Made by a program: the position numbers and the translations under genes. Shown piece by piece: positions 1 through 11,293 of a DNA stretch of 36,503 bases. The notes under the pieces were generated by a model. That model ran no database searches, was not told the DNA's origin, and worked only from the letters and a program-made list of their open reading frames with translations. Numbering within the stretch: position 1 is the stretch's first letter; each line of letters starts with the position of its first letter. Source of the stretch: Callorhinchus milii (taxonomy: Eukaryota); the NCBI RefSeq assembly GCF_018977255.1, contig NW_024705528.1, forward strand, positions 1 through 36,503, read 5' to 3'.

Positions 1-323
1 GCGCTGTGTGTACACATTCTGTCCATCCTTTGCCTCCTATTGTGTGCCCAGTGATACAACGTCAAATCTTCTCAGGTTTGGCTAGAAGCACAGTTGCTAA
101 ATTCTTTGCCAGATGCTGCCCTTATTGACCAGCTTTCAAGTTTTTACTACAGCCGAGCTCAATCTCTCAGTGTATTTTGGCTGCTCTGGACTGCTTAGAT
201 ATTTGCACGGTCTTCAGTCAGGTGGCCACCAATCATCAGGTAACTTAAATGAACCATTTACGGAACAGGCCCACATCCCTGGTCTAATTCTGGTACATCT
301 CCTCTGTTTCCATTCCGACACAT

Positions 324-713
324 TATTATCGTTCCTAATGTGAGAAATTGCAGATATGCAAACAATGCTGCAGGTGCAACCTGTCGAATGATATGCATAC
401 ATGTGCCATTGCCAGTTAACTTGTGCACACTATGTTTCCCATACAGCAAAACAAAACAATAAAGCAAAACAGTAGTGGTCCCAATACAGACCACAGGCGA
501 CCACCACTGCATACTGAAAGTGCAACCTCGTATATCCTTTCCATCAATGGGTGTCGAAATGTCTATGTAAAAGCTGCCAGTGTACTGGGTTTTATAGGTT
601 GAACCAGTGTACAAAAGTCAACTGGCAATGGCACATGTGTGCATATCACTCGATAGATTGCACCTGCAGCATGGTTTGCATATCTGCAAGTCCTCATGTT
701 AGGAACGATAATA
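324..713. mobile_element. MITE-like element with 108-bp terminal inverted repeats
   Basis: 324-431 is the reverse complement of 606-713 (12 mismatches by my count); 174-bp spacer; ends TA...TA. Confidence 0.75.
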
Positions 714-1360
714 GCCGTTCACCTCGACACTCTGCTTTCAGTATCCGAGACAACTCTGTTTCCAAGCTGCCACTGTCCCTTTAAAATCGTGGGCTTCTAT
801 TTTGGTTACAAGTGTCATATATGATACTATCTGATACGCCTTTTGAAAATGCGTAGCAACACAAACTGTGGAACCTTACTGCACCCTATTCGTTACTTCA
901 TAAAACAACTTTATCCGGTTTGTTAGTCCGTATTGGCTCTTCTATATTAAACCATAATTTCCTTTGTGGGAATGTATTATTTCCCAGATTGCAGTCTGCA
1001 GAGGTTTCCCCACGACTGAAGTGAGACTGACTGGCCTACAGTTCCGGGTTTAACCTGCGACTTTTTGTACAGGAGACTAACACTTGAATGACTTCCGACT
1101 TCTGGCAGCACACTGGTGTCCAAAGAGAATTGAGAGATTTTTCCCGGAGCCTCCGATGTTTGCCCAGTTATTTTCTTCGGTAAACTAGGATTCATCCCGT
1201 CCGGTCTGGGTATATTATCTACCCTGTGCGCCGATTGATTTGTAGTAATTCCTCTCGCTTTATTCTTGACATAGATAATTTCTTTGCCCTCTTATCCGAT
1301 ACTGTAGCATTGGCTGCATCCTCATCTTCTGTGACCACGAGAGAAACATCTGTCTATTCC
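714..1360 (-). mobile_element. Degenerate CR1-clade LINE ORF2 (RT) fragment
   Basis: Minus-strand pieces PRPDGMNP, QFSLDTSVLPE, NCRPVSLTSVVGK, FQKAY and KIEAHDFKGTVAAW...KQSVEVNG resemble CR1 RT motifs; stops and frameshifts present. Confidence 0.8.
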
Positions 1361-2264
1361 TTTGAAGATTTGTCCCCAATGACAGTTTCATTGAAACTCT
1401 TCTCGGTGTCCCACTGAGCATCCGTTTGCCATTGGCTCCTCTCCACAGACTTGTCCTCTCCCTGACCGGACATGTGTGATAATGCCACACATTCATGTGA
1501 ATTCTGCACTGCCCGTCCCCTCTTCCTACCACATGTACAGATACTCTCTCTGAGCGCTCTGTGGCTGTGGGATGACAACCTCCTGAAACGTGAGGTCCAT
1601 GAACACACAGAGTCACTCATTCCTTTACTGTCTCTCACCCACATTCACTCTGCCTCTCTACAATGGAGAGAGTGAGAGAGAGAGAAAGAGAGAGTATGAG
1701 AGACACACAGAGAGAGTTAGATAATGAATGTGAGAGGCAGAGAGAGAGTGTAAAATTCTGAGAGAAAGTGTTAGAGAGAGAGAGAGAGAGAAACAACAAG
1801 ACGTGGTGTAAAAGTCTTTCATGTCGGCTGGACGTCCAAGGCCGCAAAACAGACAGAGATCCCGAGTTAGTTCGCAGTTTCTCATCATCAAACAAACAAA
1901 CAAACTGCGTTTATTTCTCCTCCTTCACGGAGGGTTGGGGTTCGGAGCTTCTCCTCAGTGTTGGCTTATAATTGACGAATCCATTTTCAATCATTTTCGT
2001 GTGCTTATGTCAATAAACAGTTTCGCACTGAATCCCATGACATTAATTGTGTTGCTCAGTCCCTGGGTCTGGTTATCACCATCTAACGCCAGAGAGCGGT
2101 CAGACACAGACAGCAATTCATTGCTTCTGCATCTCTCCTGGTGGCTGTTGTGGATTTGAGGGAAATAATCATTTGCTGTGATTTAGTCTGGGTTCAAATT
2201 ACAAATAAAGAGGGTGGTGTTGTACTGTGTAACTGCTCACAATGTTCTGAGTAATTATACTATT

Positions 2265-2474
2265 TATAATAATTCGGCATTTGACATTGCGCTGTTCACG
2301 TCTTGCAGACGCCTCAAAGCGCTTGTTTAGTCATCTCCCTTCTCCTCCTTGAGGGGAGGTGACCAGTGTCTTCCTGGAGCTGATCTGGAGCTCGGCAACA
2401 AATGTGGAATGGAACCATTCCTGAGTGATAGTCACTCGGGTGGACACTGTGATCTCTGCCTGTCCCGGGCTGTG

Positions 2475-2525
<51 letters not shown>

Positions 2526-2852
2526 GCCTGTCTGTGTGTGTCTTTCTGTGCCTGTGTGTGTGTGTGTGTCAGTGTGTGTATTACTGTGCCTGTGTTGTGC
2601 GTGTGTCCTGTGTGTCTGTGTGTGTCTGTTTGTTTCTGTGTGTGTTTGTGTCTGCGTTTCTGTGTCTGTGTGCCTGTGCCTGTCTCTGTGTCTGTCATCT
2701 GTCTGTCTCTGTATCTGTCTGCGTTGATGCTCGTGTGTATCGCTGTCTGTGTGTGTATCTTTGTGCCTTTGTGTGTGTGTGTGTCTCTCTCTCTGTGTGT
2801 ATATGTGTGTGACTGTGAGTGGTTGTGTGTCTAACCCCCTGAGCTACAGGAC
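2265..2852 (-). mobile_element. SINE of the same family with deleted head and (CA)n expansion
   Basis: Core gaggggaggtgaccag...tgatctggag and tail match 4270-4480. Confidence 0.6.
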
Positions 2853-3444
2853 ACTTTACAAAGACAACTTTGCATTGAATCCTGCAAAAACTCAGTCACT
2901 ACACTGTCCTGTGAAGCGCATTGAGAAGTCTCAAAGTCGTGATAAGGCGCAGGGATACAGACAATTATTATTATTATTGTTGTTACAAAAAGACTTTTTA
3001 ATAGCCCAAAAAACAACGTCTCCCCTTTAAGAAGAGGACGGACTCGCTTTAAATCCAAAATACTGTCTGCAGTTTTATATATATTTTTTTGATGCTGTTT
3101 TTTGAGAGTGATTCATTTTCCAATTACGAATATTTTTATTCTGCAAATAGAAATAAAATTATTGGCAAAATAAGTTTGTTTGATTCCAAATCCGTCAGTT
3201 CTTCCCTTGGAAATAAGAGATTTTCTCCAACACTTGTGATAGATATCAGGTAATACCTGTCTTATGCTGATTCAATTTGTTAATCACAACTTTCGGCTGA
3301 TTAAGTTTGCAAAAGACTTTGCTGAATTATTTTACTTTCCTTCAAGCGTGTGAGTCTGTCAGACGAATAACACTGTTTTGATATACTGAATTTATATTCT
3401 TATATTTATACAACATATAATATTAAAGTTATTTATATTTTTAT

Positions 3445-3925
3445 ACTGTGTGTGTACAGGAGAGACACCGGGAGAGGCTGTGTGTGTGTGGGAGATATTG
3501 GAAGAGGCTGTTTGTACAGGAGAAAGATTGGGAGAGCTGTGTGTATACAGGCAGGACACTGGCAGTGGCTGTGTATATACAGGGGAGTCAGTGGAAGAGG
3601 TTGGTTTATACAGTGGAAGACACGGGAAGAGGCTACGTGTACAGGAGAAACACTGGGAGAGGCTGTGTGTATACAAGAGAGACAGCGGGAGAGGTAGGTG
3701 TGAAGGTGTGTAGTTTCTCCATTACATTGTGTGTAAAAGAGAAACGCTGGAAGAGGCGGTGAATGATGGAGAAACACTGGCAGAGGTCGGGTGTCCACAG
3801 GAATGACCCTGGGAGAGGTTGTGTGTATACAACCGGAGGCACTGGAAATGGCTGTTTATACAGAAGAGACCCACAGAGAGTATTTGTGTACACAGGAGAA
3901 ACACTGGGAGTGGTTGGGTGTATCA
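3445..3925. repeat. About 31-bp minisatellite (tgtgtgtatacaggagagacactgggagaggc), degenerate
   Basis: Visible tandem units. Confidence 0.8.
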
Positions 3926-4261
3926 ATGCCAAATAATGATCCATCAAGAAAAAAAAATGGTAATTTGATCACTCAATCCATGACTGTTTGTGGGTCGCTG
4001 CTGTGCGAAATTGACTGCCGCATTTCATCCACGTATATACAGTCAAATCACTTGACAGCATATTCTGTAAAGCGCGTTGAGACGTCTAGAAGATGTGATC
4101 AGGCACTGGATCAAATGCAAGCATTAATATTATTTTTATTATTATTATTGTTACAGAGTGAAATCCATTTCTAGCCCCGCCTAAAACCCTGCAGCACCAC
4201 TTTACTGCCACCAGATGGCGAGGCTGCACAGTGTAACTTCCAAAAGTATTCTCAGAACACC

Positions 4262-4780
4262 TAATAATAATAGTAATAATCTTGACATTCGATATTGCGC
4301 AGTTCACGTCTTACAGACGCCTCAAAGCGCGCGTTTAGTAAAAAACATTCCTTCTACTCCTTGAGGGGAGGTGAACAGGGTATCCCTCGAGTTGATCTGG
4401 AGGTTGGCAACCAATGTGGGAATCAAGCCAGTCTTGTGTGATGGACACTTGGGTGGACACTGCGATTTCTGCCTGTCCCGGGCTGTGTGTTTGTGTTTCT
4501 GTGTGTGTGTCTATGTGTATATATGTGTCTGTGTTGTCTCTCTGTTTCTGTTTATCAGTGTGTCTGTGTGTTTGTGTGTCTGTGTATGAGTGTCTCTGAC
4601 GATATGTGTATCGGGGTGTGTCTTTGTGTGTGCCTGTGTGCGCGTGTCTCAATCTGTGTGTGTGTCTTGGTGTGTCTGTGCATAGAGAGGAAACTTGCAC
4701 AAGGTTTCGCCCCCTATTGTGGATTGACCCCCTGTCTCTGGCTTGCGAGGCGAGGGCTCTAACCACTGAGCTACAGGACA
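4262..4780 (-). mobile_element. tRNA-derived SINE with internal CA-rich tract
   Basis: Reverse-complement head tagctcagtggttagagccctcgcc...gggtcaatcc, CA tract, core and L2-like tail. Confidence 0.7.
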
Positions 4781-4979
4781 TGTTACAGAGACAGTTTACG
4801 GTATATACTGTGAAGCGCTTCGAGACGTTCCGAAGACGTGATAACACACTGGATCAAACACAAGGATTACTATTATTATTATAAAAAGGGCTTTAACCCC
4901 AAAAAACCTCCTCTCCCTTTCAAGGCAGTGACGGCCTCGCTTTAAATCTCAAATATGGTCAACAGATCAAAATCCTGCA

Positions 4980-5090
4980 CTGGCCCCGTGAACGAACCCA
5001 GCCCCGCCCCCGCCCCCGAACTCAGCCCCGCCCCCAAACCCAGACACGCCCCCAGCTCCGGACCCGCCCCCAAACCCAGCCCCGCCCCTA
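4980..5090. promoter_or_regulatory. GC-box (CCGCCC) cluster, promoter-like
   Basis: Five CCGCCC boxes in about 100 bp; copies at 15795-15905 and 26085-26190. Confidence 0.4.
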
Positions 5091-5878
5091 TTTGTCTCCT
5101 GTTTGTAGGAAAGCCTCCAGCGGCTGATTGATAGAGAGAGAGTGAGTGAGAGAGACAGAAAGTGAGAGTGAGTGTGAGAGAGAGGGAGACAGTTAATGCA
5201 AAAAGCGATTTATATACTTGGGATTAGTGCAGAATTGGGAATATTTTGCACTGATGCACTTTAAACCCCGAGGATCTGGGGGAATTTACACCCGTTTCCC
5301 GTGTTAATCCCCGGCTGTGGGATTAAAATCAAAACCCAAAGTTAATGCAAAACCGTATTTATATCGTTGTGATTAACGCAAACATTGGGGTTTGTTAAAC
5401 TATTGCACTTGGAACACCACGTATATGGGGGCTTTAAAAACGTTTCCAGTGTTGCACACAGAGAGCGCTTTATTATTTAAACAGAAAGTCAATGATAAAT
5501 CCCATGGGTATCATTGGGATTAATGCAGATTTAGAAAGCCTGGGATAGGCTTTGAGACATCTGGCAGAATTGATGAGGAGCTGTGTGCAATATGGGGATT
5601 ATTATTGTCGAGATCAGGAGCTGAAAACTCCAGCCTGATGGTCGTTGTGTCACAGATGATTTACTTTAGACTTTTCTCTGTGCAAATTAGCTCTATATTC
5701 GCTCACAAACACAACCGTCGCTTCACAGCCGATTCCGAGAAAGGATTGAGCCGCGGTCCCAGTGTGAAAGGTGTCATATAAACCACAAGCTTTATTGTAT
5801 AAGGACACAGATTATAAAAGGTTCAGCCTCGTGGCCATCACAGCCAAACACAGCTCGTGGCTGAGGATTTCCGCCTCA

Positions 5879-6420
5879 TTAATCGGTCACCCGACAGATA
5901 CTCAGAGGCTCAGAGGTTTTGCCGCTGTCGCTATTACAGGGACTGAAGTACGGATAAAGTTTCTCAGTGAAAGTCTGGGTGAAAGTGTGGAGATGCGACA
6001 TGTTATCAGCGTTGTAAAATGTCACCTCTCCCCCCTCATAGTCCAGGAACACTCCCAGCTTCCCGGGTCTCTCTCTCAGGGACAGGCGGAGAGCTGATGT
6101 ACCAGCTTTATATACATCCCCGTTTCTCAGTGTCACAGCCCAGAATCCATTCTCTGGTGACACTGTGATCTTTCCTTTCCTGTTGACAGACTCTCGGGCC
6201 AATCCCACTGCCCACTGTGTCTTGTTGGCCACCTGCACCTCCCAGTAATGTCTCCCTGATGTGAAGCCCTCAGACCCCAGGACTATGAGATATTTACTAA
6301 ACCTCTTCGGGGAGTCAGGGAGCTGCCGCCGTGTGTCTCCGAGTCTCACGCTGGTCAGGTCCTCAGACAGGATGAGTCGGCGATGAGCTGTGTCAGGATC
6401 CAGAGTCAGAGCGGCCGGAG
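5879..6420 (-). CDS. TRIM copy 1 exon 6: PRY/SPRY (B30.2), open
   Basis: 542 nt, phase 1 acceptor, LDPDTA / YWEV / LDYE motifs. Confidence 0.93.
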
Positions 6421-6529
6421 CTGAGAGAGAGGAACAGCACAAAGTGGAGTGAGGGGACGTCTGAGCGCTCAGACTGTGCGTGAACACTTCTGAAGCTGGG
6501 GACACCATCCAGCTCAGAGGGTCACAGTC

Positions 6530-8085
6530 GGTGTGACGGTATGTGTGAGTGTGCGTGTGAGGGTTTGTGTGAGGGTGTGTGTTGGGGATGGTGTGTGAGC
6601 GGTTTTATGAAGGTGTGTGTGAGAGGCTGTGTGAGGGAATGTGTGAGTTTCTGCGTGAGGGTGTGCGTGAGTGGATGTGTGTGCGAATAATTGTGAGGGT
6701 GTGTGTGGGTGGATGTGTAAGGGTGTGCCTGTCAGCAGGGTGTTTGAGGGGTGTTTGTGAGGGTGTGTGCTTGAGGTTGTGAGTGTGTGCGACGGTGTGT
6801 GTGAGGATGTGTGAGGTTGTTTGTGAGGCTATGTGTGATCGGTTAGTGTGTGTGAATGTGTGTGTGAGAATTGTGTGTGTGGGAGTGTGTGAGTGTATGT
6901 GTGAGAGAATGTGTGATGCTCTGTGTGAAGGGGTGTGTGAAGGATATGTGAGGATGTATGTGAGTGTTTGTGTGTGGATGTGTGAGGGGTGTGTGTGTGA
7001 GAGTGTATGTGATTGTATTTGAATGTGTGCGCGAAGGGGGGGTTTTGGGGGTCTGTGAGGGGTGGGTGTGAGGGGTTTGTGTGAGGGTCTGTTTGAGGGT
7101 TTGTGAGGTTGTGTGTGGGGGCGTGTGAGAGTGGTTTGTAAGGGTCTGTGTGGGGATGTTTGTGAGGGGGTGTGTGTGAATGGTTATGTGAAGGCGTGTT
7201 GGAGGGTTTTTGTAATGGTGTGTGTGAGGAGGTTCCTCAGGTGGTATGTGCGCGTGAGTGTTTGAGGTGGTGTGAGAGGAATTGTATGAGGGTGTGTGTC
7301 AAGCTGTGTGTGAGGATGCTTGTGAGATGTGTCAGTGAGTGTGTGTTTGAGGCGTGCGTGTGAGGGTGTGTGTGGGTATGTGTGTCAGGATGTATGTGAC
7401 ACGTTTGTGTGAGAGCTGCCTGTGAGTGTGCGAGAGGGTGTGTGTGAGGGTGCGTGTGAGGGGTACTCACCTCTGAGGGTGTGTGAGAGTGAATGTATGT
7501 GTCAAGTTGTGTGTGAGGGGCTGTGATAGTGGATGTGTGAAGGTTTGTGTGAGGGTGTGTGTGAGTGTGTGTGTGGGGTGTGTTTGAGAGGATTGTGTAT
7601 GTGTTTGAGGGAATGAGAGAGGGGTTATGTGAGAATGTGTGATGGTACGTTTGAGGATGCGTGTGAGGGGTGCGTGTATGGGTATGTTTGAGTGGTGTGC
7701 GTGAGGGTGTGTGTGAGGATGTGTGTGATGGAGTATGTGACGTTTGTGTGTGATGGGTGTGTGTGAGGGGTGTGTGTGAGGATTGTGAGGGTGCATGTGA
7801 GTGGTGTGTGTAAGGGTTTGTGTGAGTGGTTGTGAGAGGTGTAGTGTGCTGATGTGTGTGAGGGTGTGTTTGACGATGCGTGTGAGTTGTTGGGTGTGAG
7901 GGTGTGTGTGAGTGTTGGTGGGTGAGCGGGAGTGCCTGTGTGTGAGCGTTTTGTAAGGGTTTTTGTGTGAGGGGATAGGTGAGTGTTTGTGTGAGCGTGC
8001 ATTTGAGGGTCTGTACGAGTGTCTGTGTGAGGGGGGAAGGTTTGTGAGAGGTGTGAGTGTGTGTGTGGGGGTGTGTGTGTATGAC
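6530..8085. repeat. GT-rich low-complexity intron 5 (tgtgtgaggg)
   Basis: Composition; copies at 11935-13480 and 17350-18960. Confidence 0.9.
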
Positions 8086-8089
8086 AGGG

Positions 8090-8421
8090 TAATAATATTG
8101 ATAATAATAATAATAATCCTTGCATTTCATATGGTGCTTTTCAGTGTTTTTCGACGTCTCTAAGCGCTTCACAGAATATAATGTGAAGTGAACTGACCGA
8201 ACATTTGTGGGCGAAACGCGGCAGCGAATTGCGTACCGCAGCGTCCCCTCAAACAGCTGTGGATTTAAAATGACCGATTTAATATTGTTTTTTGTTTATT
8301 GGAGGGATCATTATCAGGCGTGTGGAGTAAGGAAACTTGCCCAAGGATTCACCCTGCCTGAGATTGAACCCATGTGTCTCGCTTGCAAGGCGAGTGCTCT
8401 AAACACTGACTTACAGGACTC
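8090..8421 (-). mobile_element. tRNA-derived SINE with L2-like tail and (ATT)n
   Basis: Reverse-complement head gtaagtcagtgtttagagcactcgcc...gggttcaatctc (A/B boxes); tail tgtgaagcgcttagagacgtc...atgcaaggattattatt. Confidence 0.8.
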
Positions 8422-8749
8422 CACATACATGGTATGTGAATGAGGGGGTGTGAGATGTTGTGTGTGAGGGGTTTGTTTGAGGAGTGTTGTGAGGGTTGTA
8501 TGTTTCAGATGTGTGTGAGGTGTGAGAGAGAGTTGTGTGTGAGAGTTGTGTGTGTGTGTGATGTGTGTGTGCAAAGCGTATGTGTGTGTGAGGTGTGCAG
8601 GTGTCTGTGAGGGTGTTGCGATTATGTGCATATGTGAGCGAGGAGTCGGTATGTGTATGTGTGAGGGAGTGTGTGGAGGGTATGTGTTGGGAACCAGGTG
8701 AATACAAGTCTATTGACACGGATTCAGGGTGAGAATGGGAGACATGTAC

Positions 8750-8865
8750 CTGGGCTGATGTTGTCTATAATCTGTCTCCATACTGTGTTTTGCAAAGGCC
8801 ATTTGTACTTGGCCACAGGGAGCTCATCCTCACACACTGACAGATCAAATACCTCGTCACTGACC
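8750..8865 (-). CDS. TRIM copy 1 exon 5 (116 nt)
   Basis: AG/GT bounded; [10 protein letters not shown]...WRQIIDNISP. Confidence 0.85.
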
Positions 8866-8961
8866 CTGAAATAAGACACGATCACAATATAATGTGAAAC
8901 TGCACCTTCTGGTTGGTTTGTGGTTTCAATTCTGGAATGTTTGGTCAAGACCATTTCATAC

Positions 8962-8984
8962 CTTCTGTTGCCAGCAGCTTCTTC
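8962..8984 (-). CDS. TRIM copy 1 exon 4 (23 nt)
   Basis: cattag/GAAGAAGCTGCTGGCAACAGAAG/gtatga. Confidence 0.82.
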
Positions 8985-9172
8985 CTAATGAAATCAAACA
9001 CAGATAGATATCAGCTCACACTAAGTCACCACCGACAACAAAAAGTTGCATGTGGACTGCGTCTCTCAAGCCAAAATTCAATCTCTGATCTCTTTATCGA
9101 TCACAATTAGATTGTTTGCTCCAGAATTTTGTGTAACTGTTACTGAGCGACATTATATTGTCATCTCTTTAC

Positions 9173-9403
9173 CTGCAGGAAGGTGAGATCGTCTTTTCCC
9201 ATCTGTGTCTCTAACTCGGAGAGTTGTTGTTCAACAGAATCTAATTTGCATTGAATCTCTCGCAGATTTGTCTCCATTCGCTTTAATATCTCATCCTCTC
9301 GTTGTCTGAGATCCCCCATCACTCGCTGCTCTCTGTCCGTCAGACTCTGGTGCATTTTAGCAAACTCACCCGTGACGTGGGTCTGCAGACTGTTCACCTG
9401 TTC
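9173..9403 (-). CDS. TRIM copy 1 exon 3 (231 nt)
   Basis: AG/GT bounded coiled-coil exon; RVMGDL versus RVMRDL in copy 2. Confidence 0.87.
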
Positions 9404-9424
9404 CTGCAATGTCAGACATCCAAA

Positions 9425-9730
9425 CATTACACACAGTAACCAGAGACACTGAGACATCACACCGTGTACACACATTGACCAGAGACACCGAGACATCACA
9501 TGGGTACACACACAGTAACCAGAGACGCTGAGACATCACACCGTGTACACACAGTAATCAGAGACACTGCGACATCACACCGTGTACACACAGTAACCAG
9601 AGTCACTGAGACATTACATCGTGTACACACACTAACCAGAGACGCTGAGACGTTACACTGTGTACACACAGTAACTGGAGACACTGAGACATCACAACGT
9701 GTACACACAGTAATTTGAGGCACTGAGACA
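9425..9730. repeat. 39-bp minisatellite filling TRIM intron 2
   Basis: acacagtaaccagagacactgagacatcacaccgtgtac, about 8 copies. Confidence 0.85.
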
Positions 9731-9747
9731 TCTTTGTGAAATCTCAC

Positions 9748-9843
9748 CTTCAGTTGTGAAATCTTTTCTTTCTGTTTGGCTTCGGCTTGTAAACCAGTTT
9801 CCTTCCTCTGTGTGAGAGAAGCTAAGGAGGATATCAGTTTATC
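9748..9843 (-). CDS. TRIM copy 1 exon 2 (96 nt)
   Basis: AG/GT bounded; matches copy 2 exon 2. Confidence 0.87.
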
Positions 9844-9928
9844 CTGGAATAAAAACACAGAATTAACCTGCTTGAAGGGGAAAATATCAGGTGGATCAGA
9901 TACAATCCTTCTTGAGGAGTATTCTTAC

Positions 9929-10338
9929 CTTATAGGTTTCAACAGCTTCTTCAATGGGTAGGAAGCTGTGGCCTCTGTGTTCCTGCCCATGACTGCAAAC
10001 TACACACAGCAATTTCTTGTCAGATTCACAGAACAGCTTCAGTTTCTCCCGGTGTTTCTCACAGTGAAGTTTTTTTCCGTCTGGGTCGGGTTCAGGCTCA
10101 ATTTTCGTGCTTTCTCTGCTAGACTCGCCAAGGCCCAACTGGCTCTGAGGTTCTTTTCTGGAAATGTCTCCTGACAAACAGCACAGCAGTTGATCTCCTG
10201 CTTTTCACAGCTCCGGGTGACACAGGAGCGACAGAAGTTGTGGCCACAACCCAGGCTGACAGGGTCAGTGAAGAAATCCAGACAAACCGGGCAAATGATC
10301 TCCTCGGTCCAGATCTCAGCCGGGAGTCTAGAAGCCAT
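9929..10338 (-). CDS. TRIM copy 1 exon 1: RING + B-box (frameshift between the domains)
   Basis: RING lies in ORF 10039..10410 and B-box in ORF 9896..10177, which are different frames. Confidence 0.85.
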
Positions 10339-10350
10339 TTTGATCCTCAG

Positions 10351-10380
10351 CACTTCCTGATTGAAACTGGTTTCGGTTTC
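10351..10380 (-). promoter_or_regulatory. ISRE (GAAACCGAAAC) plus ETS-like CAGGAAGTG just 5' of the TRIM copy 1 ATG
   Basis: gtttcggtttc at 10370-10380; cacttcctg at 10351-10359. Confidence 0.6.
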
Positions 10381-10824
10381 GATGTAAGTTTGTAGGCGGA
10401 TCCCAGTCACTGAGCTGCCAGACCCTCTCCTTTAGTCTCTTCTTGTGAAATCCGTTTATTGTGACTTTGATTCCAAGAGAAGATGAGAAAACGTTGTACA
10501 ATGACAAGGACACCCGAGCAAGGAAGGCGTTGGAATATGTGGAGGGGTGGTGTGCATGTTGAGTGGGGCGGGGACGGGTGGGAGTATGACAAAAAGCGCC
10601 ATCAAATGGGTTAATTTGAGGTTGTTTGAAAGATCTCTTGTCTGTGAGATGGTTTTCTGGTGCACGACATGTACAATGGTGGAAATCTCGCACGGTGAGG
10701 CGGATATTGGGTTGGGTGGGGGTGATATCAAGCGACCTGCCTTTTTTGAGCGATTGGTGTGGCCGGGTCAGTTGGGTTGAAGGAGGTGGCGGAGGAAGGG
10801 CCGTTTAAGGCAATGATGGCTTTT

Positions 10825-10960
10825 GAAATTGAAGGCACGGTCGACGACAAAGACCTTCAAATGGCACTTGAAGGCGGTGAGGCAGAGGGAATGCGGGAAG
10901 AGCTCCAGAGTTCGGAGACAGAGATGCTGAATGTCCAACCTCCAAAGGTGGGGTGGGAAT
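10825..10960 (-). mobile_element. Short L2 ORF2 C-terminal fragment
   Basis: Reverse complement reads PTFGGWTFSISVSELWS...DRAFN, similar to 23235-23370. Confidence 0.55.
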
Positions 10961-11293
10961 TGCGCTTTGAGACATCTGGCAGAATTGATGAGGAGCTGTG
11001 TGCAATATGGGGATTATTATTGTCGAGATCAGGAGCTGAAAACTCCAGCCTGATGGTCGTTGTGTCACAGATGATTTACTTTAGACTTTTCTCTGTGCAA
11101 ATTAGCTCTATATTCGCTCACAAACACAACCGTCGCTTCACAGCCGATTCCGAGAAAGGATTGAGCCGCGGTCCCAGTGTGAAAGGTGTCATATAAACCA
11201 CAAGCTTTATTGTATAAGGACACAGATTATAAAAGGTTCAGCCTCGTGGCCATCACAGCCAAACACAGCTCGTGGCTGAGGATTTCCGCCTCA

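Larger units (their letters stand above)
5879..10338 (-). pseudogene. TRIM gene copy 1, same six-exon structure, with a 1-bp deletion in exon 1 (pseudogene or homopolymer sequencing error)
   Basis: join(10338-9929, 9843-9748, 9403-9173, 8984-8962, 8865-8750, 6420-5879). Exon 1 is 410 nt versus 411 in copy 2: gaagtttttttcc at about 10066-10078 versus gaagtttattttcc. All splice sites are intact. Confidence 0.8.

Noticed and set aside
1354..1644. 96-aa minus-strand ORF beside the CR1 fragment
   Set aside because: No recognisable motifs or convincing splice context
4700..4780. tRNA-like sequence with A/B boxes
   Set aside because: It is the head of a SINE attached to a core and LINE-like tail; no intact cloverleaf
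6421..6508. N-terminal extensions of the B30.2 ORFs (MVSPASEVF...)
   Set aside because: Intronic sequence upstream of the AG acceptor; the ORF starts at a non-ATG codon
7237..8172. Long His/Thr-rich and Cys/Val-rich ORFs (also 12636-13568, 18438-19049, 2349-2834 and others)
   Set aside because: Translations of GT/CA low-complexity introns and SINE tracts; no domain content
10759..11196. 145-aa plus-strand ORF
   Set aside because: Chimeric across the 10964 junction, made of antisense L2 fragment plus antisense 3'UTR
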